The translations under genes and the position numbers were made by a program. DNA of 64,000 nt from the human T2T-CHM13v2.0 reference genome, Homo sapiens, in assembly GCF_009914755.1 (NCBI RefSeq), contig NC_060932.1; one strand, given 5' to 3'. Below the pieces are notes generated by a model. It was not told the origin of the DNA and did no database searches. It saw nothing but the letters and a program-made list of their open reading frames with translations. Positions 50,960 through 62,100 of this stretch are shown here, piece by piece. Position 1 is the first letter of the stretch; each line of letters begins with the position of its first letter.

Positions 50960-51980
50960 ACTCTCTTGGGCTGTTTTAAAATGTGGTCCCAATTCTTGGA
51001 CTCTTCTCCCACAGAAAGGGAGGTTTACTTCTTTCCTGTTGGATCTAGGTCGGGTGACATCTTCACCAATAGAATGCACCTGACTTAGTACCATGCCGTT
51101 TGCTGGGCCCAGGTGCTAAGACACTGGTATTTTTCACTTTCACCGTCTTGGATGGCGCTGCAGTTGGAATATTTTTGTCCCTCTGAAATTCATATATTGA
51201 AATATTAAACCACCAGGTGATAGCATTAACAGGTGGTGCCTCTGGGGAGGTGAGTAGGTCCGGAGGGCACCTCATGCATAGGATTAGTGTCCTTATAGAA
51301 GAGATCCCAAGGAGCTCCTTCATTCCTTCCATCAGGTGAGGACACAGTGAGGAGGTGCCATCTATGAACGAAAAAGCTGGTTCTCAGCAGACACCAAATC
51401 TGCTGCCACCTTGATTTGGACTTCTCAACCTCTAGAACACTGAAAAATATATCTGTTGTTCATAAGCAACTCAGTTTATGGTATTTTTTTTTAAATAGTG
51501 GCTCAAACGGACTAAGAGGGCTGGTCACTTGGGAGCCCAGACACCGTGTTTTGAGGAAGCCTCAGCCTCGCACAGAAAGATGAACTGAGGGCACCTGCGA
51601 GGGTGAGCTAGAGAACACAGAACAGCCAGCTTTCTGGGAAAAACCAAAACTCTGATTTACAGTGTTTGTAAATTTCTGTGGTTAGAATCCTCCCAGCTCT
51701 GGACCGTTTAAAAAATGTCACACAAACCACCTTTCTCATGAGCCGGCATGATCTGGCCCCAGCGCATCACAAGGTCCCATCCCTCAGCCCTGTGAGAGCT
51801 CCCAGCTGAGCCAGCACTGCCTGCCACCTGTGCGCGAGTGTCTCAGCCCTGAGCTCCTCAGATCCCAACAGAACCTCTCCTCTGAGCCAGGGCCAAATTG
51901 CCAAGGTATGAGTGAAGACCTGATGGTGCTGTTTCAGTCCACTATGTTTGGGACATCTTTCCACACAGCAGTAGATGAAC
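50960..51980 (+). mobile_element. Nested MLT1 LTRs (MLT1A-like core ~51155-51518)
   Basis: tttgtccctctgaaattcatatattgaaa...ggattagtgtccttata...ggactaaga. Confidence 0.7.
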
Positions 51981-52523
51981 AGAGGGCATTGTCACAGTCT
52001 TGGCGAGAAGTTGGACTTGTGCATTTCTGCGTGTGTAAACTTCTGCTTCTCCAAAATATTGGCGAAGTAGGACTGAATCCTCTTACCTTATTCCCAAAGT
52101 GTCACAAAGAGCCCATGGTGGTGGGAGCATGAGATTGTGGACTGTTTGGAGTGACCGAAGAACCCTCTCACCCATTCCTAGTTTAAATTCTTCCCGCTGG
52201 GAGCAGGGGTGGTGTGGGAGCCAGGTGGGGTCTCAACCTCTGCCCTCAGTAACAGACTCAGAAGAGGCCATAGGACTCAGGAGTTGGCTGAAACAACAGG
52301 GAAAGAAGTAGGGATTTTCTCTAGGAGATTAGCTGCGAAGGGCACAGAGAGATGACCATGAATGACATGGCTGTCACCTGGGGAGAGATCCCAAAGTAAG
52401 ATCAAGAGAAACAAAGGGGAAAAAAGGTAAAGACGACAAAGTAACTCATGCTTTGAGTCCTTGGACCAAGCATTTCCTAAAGCCAGAATTCCTTGGTATG
52501 GGAGTGAAAATGTTGACTCAGGG

Positions 52524-52650
52524 CTGGACAAGGTAGCTCAGCTTGTAATCCTAGCACTTTGGGAGGCTGAGGAGGAAGAATTGCTTAAGGCCAGGAGTTT
52601 GAGACCAGCTTGAGCAACATAGCAAGCCCCCTGCCTCTTAAAAAAAAATG
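52524..52650 (+). mobile_element. FLAM / Alu monomer
   Basis: Left-arm monomer with A-tail. Confidence 0.85.
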
Positions 52651-54749
52651 GTGACTCAGCTTGACCTGATTTCCAATGTTTTACTCCAAGACTCCACTAA
52701 GATGCCTGAAAAAGATCAAAAATACCAAACTCGGAGAGCCTGAGGCAAAGACAGTGCCGTGCACAAGGACAGGAGATGAGAGCAGATGACAAGTGTCCCA
52801 ATGCAGCTTGAGGGCAGATGACAGGTGTCCCAAGAGCAGCTTGGGTATCAGGCTCCCTGGTGATTCCCATGCACAGCCCCCGGGAGAACAGCCTTATTGA
52901 TGCTGATCAGCAGGGAAGGAGGGACGGCTACATTAGAGGCTGGAAGGACAGTGGGTGAGTCAGGGATGGGGAGCTTCATAGTTGATGTTCAGAAATGGAG
53001 GAATTCCAGGTGGTGGCAGGAGCTAGTGGGTGGCCATGGGTTGGAGGGCTGGGACAAAGAGGGAGTGGGGTCACTGTCATCCAGGCGGACAAAGCACTGA
53101 GAGGCTGGGAGGGTGACCGGCCAGGTATCATTACAGTGAAAGACCGTTTCCCGTAGTCTTAAGTTTCTGAGTGAGTTGAGTGGCTTTGAGCAGCAAAAGG
53201 GAAAAATACATAGGTTTAGAAAAGAGAATAGGTAGTTGTCTGATGTCTTCCATTCTGGTCCTGCTTGTAAGAAGAGTTCAAGTTCTCAAACAGAGAAACA
53301 GAAAAGAAAAAAATGGCTGTCTTTTATTAAAAAAAAATCAGAAGGCTTTTAAGAAATGTCAAGGAAGTATTTATTGAACACTGTTGAAATAAGAGTCAAA
53401 ACGCTGCAATAGGGTGAGCCGTTGAACTCAACTGTCCTGAAGCCCAAGGCAGGAATATGTAGGCCCTGGGTTAAGCTAGTGGAAAAGTTCTGGTGGTTGT
53501 TGGTGGGGAAGTTGAGCAGTGTGATTGGGCAATCTTTGTTTGCTAATTTATTAGGAGATAGGCTCCTGTCTTCCCACAGAGACAAGGCTGCTATCCCCTT
53601 GAGTAATTACATTTATAGGGATGAGGCATCTGACTTACTCTTTATTGTTCTACCACTCAAGTGATTCAAGGTAGAAAATGTCTTGTATGTCATCAGTAAA
53701 CATAGAGTGCATCCATATGAACGTTTCTGGGTCTCACTTGAGGCTGAGCAACTTGCCCTGGTTGTTTGGAGACCCTCACACCTCTCCCTGCATTCTCCGT
53801 CCCCAGAGTTTGCAGCTGTCATAGCCCACCCTAGACTGCAGTAGCAGAAGCCACATGTGGTGCTCCCAGTGTGTCTATCCACACAGAGGAGCAGGGAGGC
53901 TCCTTCCTCGTCTGGCCCTTTCCTTTGGATTGATGGATGCTTCTCAGCACATCAACCTGAATTCTACTCCATCCTTCTGTGTTGCAACAGCAATTCCTCT
54001 TAATTCAATGGAGGTTGACCTCCTCCTGCATAGCTCTTGCCCTGATTCTACATTCTCTACCTAATTTTCTGCTTTAATCATTCTTTTATTCTATTGAAAG
54101 TTTAAACATCTTTATGTTTCAGTTTAAGATTCACCATGAAATCTATCCTTGGCATTCCATGACAGAATGGTCTTTTCCTACTTCCAAAAGTCCTAATGCT
54201 TCATTAAACCACATTTTACCCATCATAGTCTCCTATATTTTAGTCTTTTTAATTAGTTTTAATTAGTCTTTTTTAAGGAATGCTGCCACATGGACTAGAC
54301 ACACGGGCTGCTTTACCTCTGTAGGCTTCAGTATTTTTTTCGTAAGCTGCTTAGGAAAAACAGTGCAATTTTGTGTCAATATAAATTTTGAGTACAATTA
54401 ATTAATTTAGTTGAAATTAATTTATTGATCATGTGCAACGTATTAGGTGGTCATCTATGCACTGTGGTAAGATGATGAGGAAAACATGCAGCTTCCCTCC
54501 CAGTGTTGGGAGACAAATGTTCCAGAGAGTAAATGAAATGCACAGATGTGAGATAGCTTACAATTCTACAGTTAAAAATAAAGAGAAGAGGGGGATAGAG
54601 GTCACCAGGGGGAACTAGTTGCAATTTGAAATTAAGAAATCAGCAAAGTCCTCAGTGACAAAGGGAAGTTCTAGCAGAGACCCCAGGATCTAGGGCGCAA
54701 GCCAGGTGGACTTCTGGGAAGTGCAGAAACTGCGTGATGGAGTCAGCTG

Positions 54750-55450
54750 GACTCAGTGGACGGTTAGGAGCAATATGCAGAGTTACAGCAAGAACCGCGT
54801 GACTTCAAGTCAGTGGCGGTTACAGGAACCCAAGGAAGACTGTCCCCCTTTCACATCCTGAAACCCAAAATGTCACCTTCACCTTCGATACAAGGGGAAG
54901 ACCTTGGACCATTTCTTTGTCAATCACAGACCCACTGTGTCTTCCCTGGGACCTGTATTGGGTTCCCCAGCTGTGAAGTGTCTCAGTGGGGTGCCTGGAC
55001 CCCTGAGCTGCCTCTTCAGACAGGCAGAGCCTCAGTCTGGGGCTGAGACCTGCTCAGAATCTGCATGGGTAGATGTGGAGAACACCTGCTTCCTTCTCCT
55101 GGGCTCTGGGCATTGTGGGTGGTTGGTGTTGGTGGTCACAGCTGTGTCTTGGCCCATCAGATTGTTTTGGTCAAGAATGGGGAATAATCCTACTAGAATC
55201 ACTGTCCCTTTATTTGCAAACTGTAGTTTCTCTGTCACTCTTGGAAGTTGTGGGGGCATTCTATGAATGACCCTCCAGATAAGAGGAGCCATGGCTTGAA
55301 CAGAGAAGGTATTTTTCCAAGCATGTGTAGTGGATTCATAAACTGGAACTGCTAGATCCAAAATATAAGAAATCTGTGGGCCAAGCTGGACTTGTCCCTG
55401 GAGCTTTGTGATCATGTCCTCATAGGCCATTGACAAGACATCCTCAACTA
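54750..55450 (-). mobile_element. Probable ancient ERVL internal fragment
   Basis: Resembles the gag/protease-region remnants at 60-61 kb. Weak, judged by eye. Confidence 0.35.
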
Positions 55451-56634
55451 TTGTTAAAGGTACAGTGGGTTTCTAGGGTAGGGACAGAGAGGAGAGACAG
55501 GAAGAGAGGTCACATCACACCCCAGCAAGATGTCAGCCTGGCCCTCAGGGACACCCGGGTTAGGCAGTGACCCTGTTCTCTTGGAGGGGAGGAGGAAGAC
55601 AAGCTCAGGAAGGTACAGACCCCACGTGTGCTGTGCCTGATGGGGAGGCTGCAGTTGAAGGTAGGACAGCAGGGGACGCTGTGGCCTTTCCAGGAAATGC
55701 TCTGAGCATCTCAGAGAGCGCTCCTGGTTCATTCCCTTTCTCTAGACCTGGTTTCTTGCTCACTCACTGATGTGCAGGATGTTGTGGTTATCAGAGCCGC
55801 AGCCTGCAGCAACAACAGGAATGTAAGGTTTCTGGTGAAGCTGTATTTTCCCAGCAGAATCAGGTTCTCAGCAGCTTTAAGGCAACCCAAGAGAGTGCGC
55901 GTTGCAAAGTGTAGTGGAGCATTTGTGTGTGTGCGTTTTCTGGGTGTGAAGACGACTTTATGGGTGTGAAATCCAGGTCTTCATAGACGTGGCTGAAGGG
56001 TGCTCTTAATGAGGACATCCCATTGTGGGCTGCTGTGTTTTGTGTTCCATGCACCCCGCCTTTGCTAACAACCCATTTCCCTCTTAATTAAAGTTGTTTC
56101 AGTGGATCTCCTATAACCCTATGTCTTAAAAGGCAAATGTGTGACCTGGACATGTTCAATAAAACTCCAATATTTTGACGCAGAGGATGGTGGTTTTTCC
56201 CGAGAAGTAGTGAGGTTGTGAGTAGCTAAACTGGAAGCTGACATTGATTCTTTTGCCTAGTATATGAGAGTTGTCTTTGAGAGTGAATCCATTCAAAATG
56301 AGGCAATGAAAAGACAGAGCAGTGGATGGTGAGATCAGTGGCATCATTTGTGCCTTCGTTTCAGTTTGTGTCTGAAGCCATGGCTCCTCCTTAAAAATTC
56401 TAGATTTTGAAACTTTAATTTGTTCCAAAATATTCATGTAGGATTCTGGCAGTTGCTTTCTAGTGTCTTGACACAGACACATATCAAATTTCAAAGAGGT
56501 GTAAACAAAGACATCTTGTTACGAGATATATATTTAGGATCAAGAAAGATGTTAAGGACAAAGTATAGGAGAAACAACCATTTCCTGTAGCTCTCAAAGC
56601 AAATTATGAGCTCATTTTTCTCTATTCTGCAAGC

Positions 56635-56718
56635 TCAGCTGCAGAAGCATGTGAAGCTAACACCACCGATGATGGCGTTCCCAGCATGACATTCTCTTGG
56701 ACAGCAGAATGTTAATCG
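56635..56718 (-). repeat. Tandem duplicate of the DEFA4 mature-peptide coding region in the 3'UTR
   Basis: [27 protein letters not shown] aligns without gaps to [27 protein letters not shown] at an 86-nt offset. Confidence 0.92.
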
Positions 56719-56833
56719 ACACGCGTGCAGCAGTATGTGAAACTCACACCACCAATGAGGCAGTTCCCAACACGAAGTTCTGTTCGCCGGCAGAATACTA
56801 ATCTGCAAGAGCAGACCATGCCCCTTGTTGAGC
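56712..56833 (-). CDS. DEFA4: Defensin alpha 4, exon 3: mature peptide
   Basis: Acceptor CAG at 56836-56834. Reads (G)[39 protein letters not shown]. 172+122=294 nt = 97 aa plus stop. Confidence 0.98.
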
Positions 56834-57419
56834 CTGGGAACACAGAGGAAGCATGAGAAATTAAGCACCAAGGTCAGCGGTGGGTGGTAAAGGGAATCTT
56901 GGAGAAGTCACATGCTGGCTGACCGGTGATGCTGGCTGCATTAGTGCCGGTAGCACAAACAACCTTAGTCAATAGGAATAAATACACAGAGCAATGCTGC
57001 TCATACAGGATTTGAGACTCATTCTCTTTTGCTCTGATTTGTGTGCTTTTGCCCCATCAGACACACACCTGAACATACTCTTAAGCCCATCTCCAGTTTT
57101 TAAAATTTCCTTTGTTGGCAGAATGAAATATTTTCCCTATAATATCTACTTGTTTAGATCCAGAAAGAACTGGTCAATCTGTCTCTCCATATCTTAACCC
57201 TAGCGAATTTTATAGACATACCTTGGAATCAAGTCTTTGGAGAAAGAAGACTACTTACATTTGTTTGTCTCTCTATTCAGTTTCGAGATAAGAAAATCGA
57301 GGCCCAGAGATGGTAAGTAAAGCCACCTAAGTGACATCCACCATTGAGATGTGATTCCAGAGCCCATCTCCCATCCGTCTCTCTAGACTCGGTAGCTTTT
57401 TTATGCTGGCCTCTCTCAC

Positions 57420-57591
57420 CTGAAACCTGAAGAGCAGAGCTTTTATCCCATGCAAAGGAAATAGATATGTCCTGGTCTTCTGGCCCACGCTGCTCCTGGC
57501 CTGGAGCCTCATCACCTCTTGCCTGGAGTGGGCCTGCCCGGACCTGGAGGGCTACCAAGAGAATAGCAGCGAGGAGGGCGATAATCCTCAT
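57420..57591 (-). CDS. DEFA4: Defensin alpha 4 (HNP-4), exon 2 coding part: signal peptide and propiece
   Basis: Translates [57 protein letters not shown](G). Acceptor CAG at 57606-57604 gives exon start 57603. Donor G|GTGAGA after 57420. Confidence 0.98.
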
Positions 57592-58239
57592 GGCTGGGGT
57601 GACCTGGAGGAGGGAGAGCAGGAGCAGCTGTGTGGGGAGGGAGAAGCCAGCTTGGATTTATAGCTTTGCTGGGAGAAGGCACAGAGATAAGAAACCTTTG
57701 GCCTTCTGAGTGAGAGGAGGTGTGCATTTTGTTAGAGAGGATGCCGACTCCTATTGGCCTTGACATCCCTGGAATGCTCCTCTGCTCTCCCAGCTTTCTT
57801 CACAGGAAGCTCTATGTTTAGTGTCTGTGCTAGGTTGAAGTTGATGGTGATGATGAGGACCCTGGCATTTTTTCCTGTTTTCAGGAAATACCTAATATTT
57901 CCTGGTTAAATCTTTAATATTCTAAAAAGAATGGAAACAGTGCTTTCATTCAATAATTTAAGAGAGCAAATGCCTCTTATTTCCTGATAATGGGCCCTAC
58001 TATTCTCTTCAGGTCTAAACACTGGTGCCAGACCTGAATTCCGGTGGAGTAGAGAGTAACTCATTGCAGGCTTCTAGGTCATTATACCCTCATGAAGGGG
58101 CGACTGAGGTAATGGGGTGAGTAGTCTCCTGTAGGGGCCAGAGTGAAGAGGACAATGACCTTATCAGGGTACAGGTGAAATGAGCTCAGTGAGAGAGATA
58201 AAGAGTTGTGTAAGGTTCATGAGTTGCTAGGTGCATACA

Positions 58240-58650
58240 CGTGGTCCTTTCTCTCACAACATGTAAAAAATCAGCTCAACATGGATTGAAGACTCAACAT
58301 AGACTTGAAAAGACCTGAAACCATACAACTACGAGAAGCACATACAAAGATAAAGCTTTGGACATTGACGTGAGTAATGATTTCTTGGCTATGACACCAA
58401 AGGCACAGGCAATAAACAAATGGGAAAATAGACAAGCGGGGCTGCATTGAACGCTAAAGCATCTTCATAGCAAAGGAAACAATCAACTGAGGGAAACGGC
58501 AACCCAGAAAATGAGAGAAAATGTTTGCAAAGCCTACGTGGTAGAAGGGGTAAATATCTGAATACATAAGGAAGTCAAACAACTCAATAGCAAAAAACAA
58601 ACAACCTGATTGAAAAACAGACCTAGGACCTGCAGAGGCTTCTCTCACAA
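58240..58650 (+). mobile_element. L1M fragment in DEFA4 intron 1
   Basis: gatttcttggctatgacaccaaaggcacaggc, gcaaaggaaacaatcaac. Confidence 0.85.
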
Positions 58651-58917
58651 TAAAATAATGTTTTAAGAAGCTGTGATCGTCTTTATTGGACATGTCAAGT
58701 AGGACACGTGTGTTTGGAAGGAAACTTTTTGAGTTTCTCTATTGACTTAGCTAGTAGCCATTACCCCCAGCAGCCGCCAGACACCCAGATAGAAGTTCAC
58801 AGCAGGGGCTTCACCCGCTGGGTCCCTCTGGGGTGGCCCCACAGTGAGAGGTCAGACTGGGGACACAGCTTCAATATTGAAACCTCAATGTGAAAGTTTA
58901 AGTTTTGTGTTACTTAC

Positions 58918-58995
58918 AGATCCTCAAGCTAGGCAGGGCGAGCAGAGAGGGCAGACAGCAGTCCTGTGTTCCAGGTCTTATGTAGCAAGAGCAGC
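58918..58995 (-). other. DEFA4: DEFA4 non-coding exon 1 (5' end approximate)
   Basis: ...GTCTGCCCTCTCTGCTCGCCCTGCCTAGCTTGAGGATCT|GTAAGT with a consensus donor at 58917-58912. Matches the myeloid defensin 5'UTR as I recall it, which joins to GTCACCCCAGCCATG. Confidence 0.88.
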
Positions 58996-59009
58996 CATGC
59001 ACACAGAGG

Positions 59010-59120
59010 AGAGGACTTCCTTATTTAAGGGTCTTTTGGTATCAGGTGTCCTAATTTTTCAGCGTTACTTTCTATTGGGTACTTTAAATAACTGTTAACA
59101 AGGGCAGTTGAGAAATTTGG
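59010..59120 (-). promoter_or_regulatory. DEFA4: DEFA4 myeloid promoter
   Basis: TATA-like TTAAATA (59028-59022) next to Ets GGAAGT (59020-59015). CCAAT at 59078-59074. Overlapping Myb CAACTG (59110-59105) and C/EBP-like TTGAGAAAT (59108-59116). This is the same set of motifs described for neutrophil defensin promoters. Confidence 0.78.
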
Positions 59121-59129
59121 CAGAAAGCT

Positions 59130-62100
59130 GGAGTTCAAGCAGGAGTCCACGGAGGTACCGACCCCTCGTCTACTTTGGTCAGCCCTGGCCAGGCCCAGGC
59201 AGCAATCAACTGTGGATTCCTCATGACTCCTAAGACAATTGACCCCATGATACCTATGCTGGTGGCTGAGGCTGAACTACCTGGACCGAGGGAATATTTA
59301 AAGCCACCAGGAGAGCCTGGCCTGCATATTGTTGTATACACCTTGCGAGGAGACTAGGATCAAAATGCCACCCACACACAGATGAGGATTTGGAATGTGG
59401 TCTGAACTGACCTCCCCAGGCCCTGGGGTCTAACCATAAAAACAAATCCAAGCCATTCAGACAAGTAAGGTTGGAGAATACCTGGATGAGACTGAATACC
59501 GCCTGGGCTTGTGTTGCTGGATAGGGCAGGTTGCAGGCTCCCGAGTAAAGGATGTGCATATAGCATGTGGTTCCCTAGAGGGGACAGTCACCTTTTTGCT
59601 TGGCCTTAGATAGTTCAAGCCTAAATGACTGTCTAGGTCATCCAGGCCAAGGACTCATCAAATGATTGCGTGACACCTAATGTCTGTCAGAAGTCCCTTA
59701 GGATGGTGGCCAAAGCTGCAGCGAGATTGGTGTTAGCTTGCATCACCTTGTGTTGTGAGCTCAAATACCCTGTTCCCAAACCAATCCCGTAGGCTTACGA
59801 GTCTCCCTACACCCAGAGTTAGGAAGATGGTCACTGGGTGGGGGGGATGCATAAGCTTTCCCTTGTGTGGTCCCTCCTGGGTTATTTGAAGGGGAGTCCC
59901 AGGGAGACTAGTGCACATTTTAAAATGTACCACTCTCCACCATCCTCCTCCTTGTAGTGAGGTAAACGGGATGAGGTTTCTGGAAATGAGAAAAGAATGC
60001 AGTTGTTCCTGAGGGAATGAATACCTATAGTGAGGTTGCTGAACCCAGTATGCAGTCCAGGCAGCCCCTGCCGCCATGGGAGGGCCGTGCACAGCGCTGG
60101 TCCAGCAGGCTGGGTGCTCAGGGCCTCCCCTGCAGCTCTGCGTGAAGGCAGCAGGCACTGGGCTATGGAGGACTGGGGGCAGCGGCGCTCTCAGTCTTAA
60201 GGAGGGAAGAGGCATCTCAAGCCTCGCTAGGGGTGGTCGCTGTTCCAGAGCAGTGAAGTCGGCTGCCCCTATGAGGAAGCAGTGAGTTCCTGATCTGTTG
60301 CAGGCCCAGCAATTTCACCTTTGGAGGAAGTGGGCACTGGACTCATTCCAGCAGAGGAAGAAATTAGGGCTATTTGGGGAACTGGGCCCCAGATGATGGT
60401 TTTAGGTTCTAGGGCATTAGTAGGTGCCTGAAGGGCCCAGTGGATATGGATGTAGAGGCAAAATGAGAAGGGGTGTGTGTGCACGTGGGGAAGGTCTGGT
60501 GGTTGTGGGGATGTCCAGTGTCCTGCAGAAGTGAAACCTGGACCAGCCTCCTGCACACAGAACACACTCCAATCCATAGGCATTTTCCTAGTAACATAGG
60601 AGAGAGCTGTTATTGGCAGAGCTGGTTAGATTTGGGTGTGATATTATAACAGACAGGTCTTCCAAGTCCATATTTTTTGGCATAACTTGTAGGGCAGCCT
60701 CATGATCTGATCCAAGCCTTGTGGTTTCCTTGCAGTAGGCGGTTTAACTAATGGGTTACACTGAAGACAAATGGGGATCCCAGCAAAATACCATTCTAAG
60801 GGGTCATCTGCAGGGTCCTCAGGAAAGCATGAGCTAAGAAAGCACGGGTCCAGGTACTGGACGTGAGCCAACTCCATGTCCCGGGGGTGGTGAGATCCAT
60901 ACCTTGCGGCAGGAAGGAGAGTAAGGTGAGTCTGGTTTGGGGATGACCCCACAGTCAAGATGAGATTCCTTGGTGTCTCTGGTTCTGGTGAGGCCACTGT
61001 TTCCCAGGACAAACCCTTGGATCAGAGCACTGTCTTCTGAGGTGATGGCCTTTCGGGTAGGGGTGGCCTTTCCAGCTGGTCACTCAAGAAGAGAGAGGGT
61101 ATGGGCTGGTGTTGCACAGGCCTCTGGCCTCTGTGGGACTCCATGGAAGCGTTTAGTGAAAGCTTGAGTGGTGCTTTCCTTGGTGGGGGGATAGGACATT
61201 TCCATCCACAACTCACATACTTTGGAGCACAGAAGTATCCCTAAGCCCATGAACGTGTTTGAATGCTTTCTCTGCATGTGAGGCTCCAACCTTTCCGGCC
61301 ACAGACTGAGTTTGTGCTGAGGCATCATTAGCTGGTTTGTATTCATGCCTGGTCATGGGGAGGGCCACCTGCCTCTGATTGTGGGGGTTGCTGGTGTTTA
61401 AGCTTTAGTGCCATGGGTCCCATTCAATATCTAAGGATCGGGTTTCCTGGCTTGGATCCAGGTCAGGTGGCATTTGGGGTTTTGCCCCTCTAGCACATTG
61501 CCTCAACATGCCACAGTTTTCCAGCCTGGGGTTCAATTTCTCACAGTGGCTGTCCTGTTCCAGCAGCTCTCTGGGATGCCAGGCCCCAGGCCTAAGAGCA
61601 GCCGTACAACATTTACATACATAAGATACCCAGCAAGGCCAAAGATAGAGAGCACTGACAGCTTATAACTCAGGGATTTCCTCAAGGTACTTTTACGTCG
61701 ATATTGATTATGGGGTGGGCTTTCACCAACATTTCTTCAGAGCATTTTTCTGCAATCGACACAGGACATGGTGATGGTAGTTCCATGTGGTCTTTGTCTG
61801 ATGTAGTTGGCGTCCTCTAGTTTGATGGCTTTTTCTCCTCATTTAGTGACCCAGACTGTACCCTCTTTGGGCTGCAGAGAAACAATCCCCACTTCCTTCA
61901 GGGAGGAGTGAGTGGGAGATATTAGCTACCTTTCAAAGCAGGAAGAACTGGAGCTTCTGCTGGAGGCTGTATGTCAAGAGGTGAGGTCTGGTGTAGCAGA
62001 AGCATCTTAGGGCTGCTCTGTGGCAGCTGCCTGGACCATCAGTCCCCAGAGGATCACAGCTCACTATCTGTATTAGTCCATTTTCATGCTGCTCATAAAG

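Noticed and set aside
50303-51094. 263-aa minus-strand ORF
   Set aside because: Begins in MLT1 LTR sequence, runs through GC-rich DNA and has no recognisable domain or exon structure.
52330-52450. Signal-peptide-like RLYLFSPLFLLILLWDLSPG|GT, or acceptor-like CCAG|GTGACAGCCATG
   Set aside because: No in-frame proximal ATG for the hydrophobic stretch. The downstream ATG frame stops after 15 codons, and I found no partner Cys exon.
52780-52845. Short tandem duplications (~33 bp x2 here; 18 bp x3 at ~24638-24695)
   Set aside because: Ordinary slippage products with no further signal.
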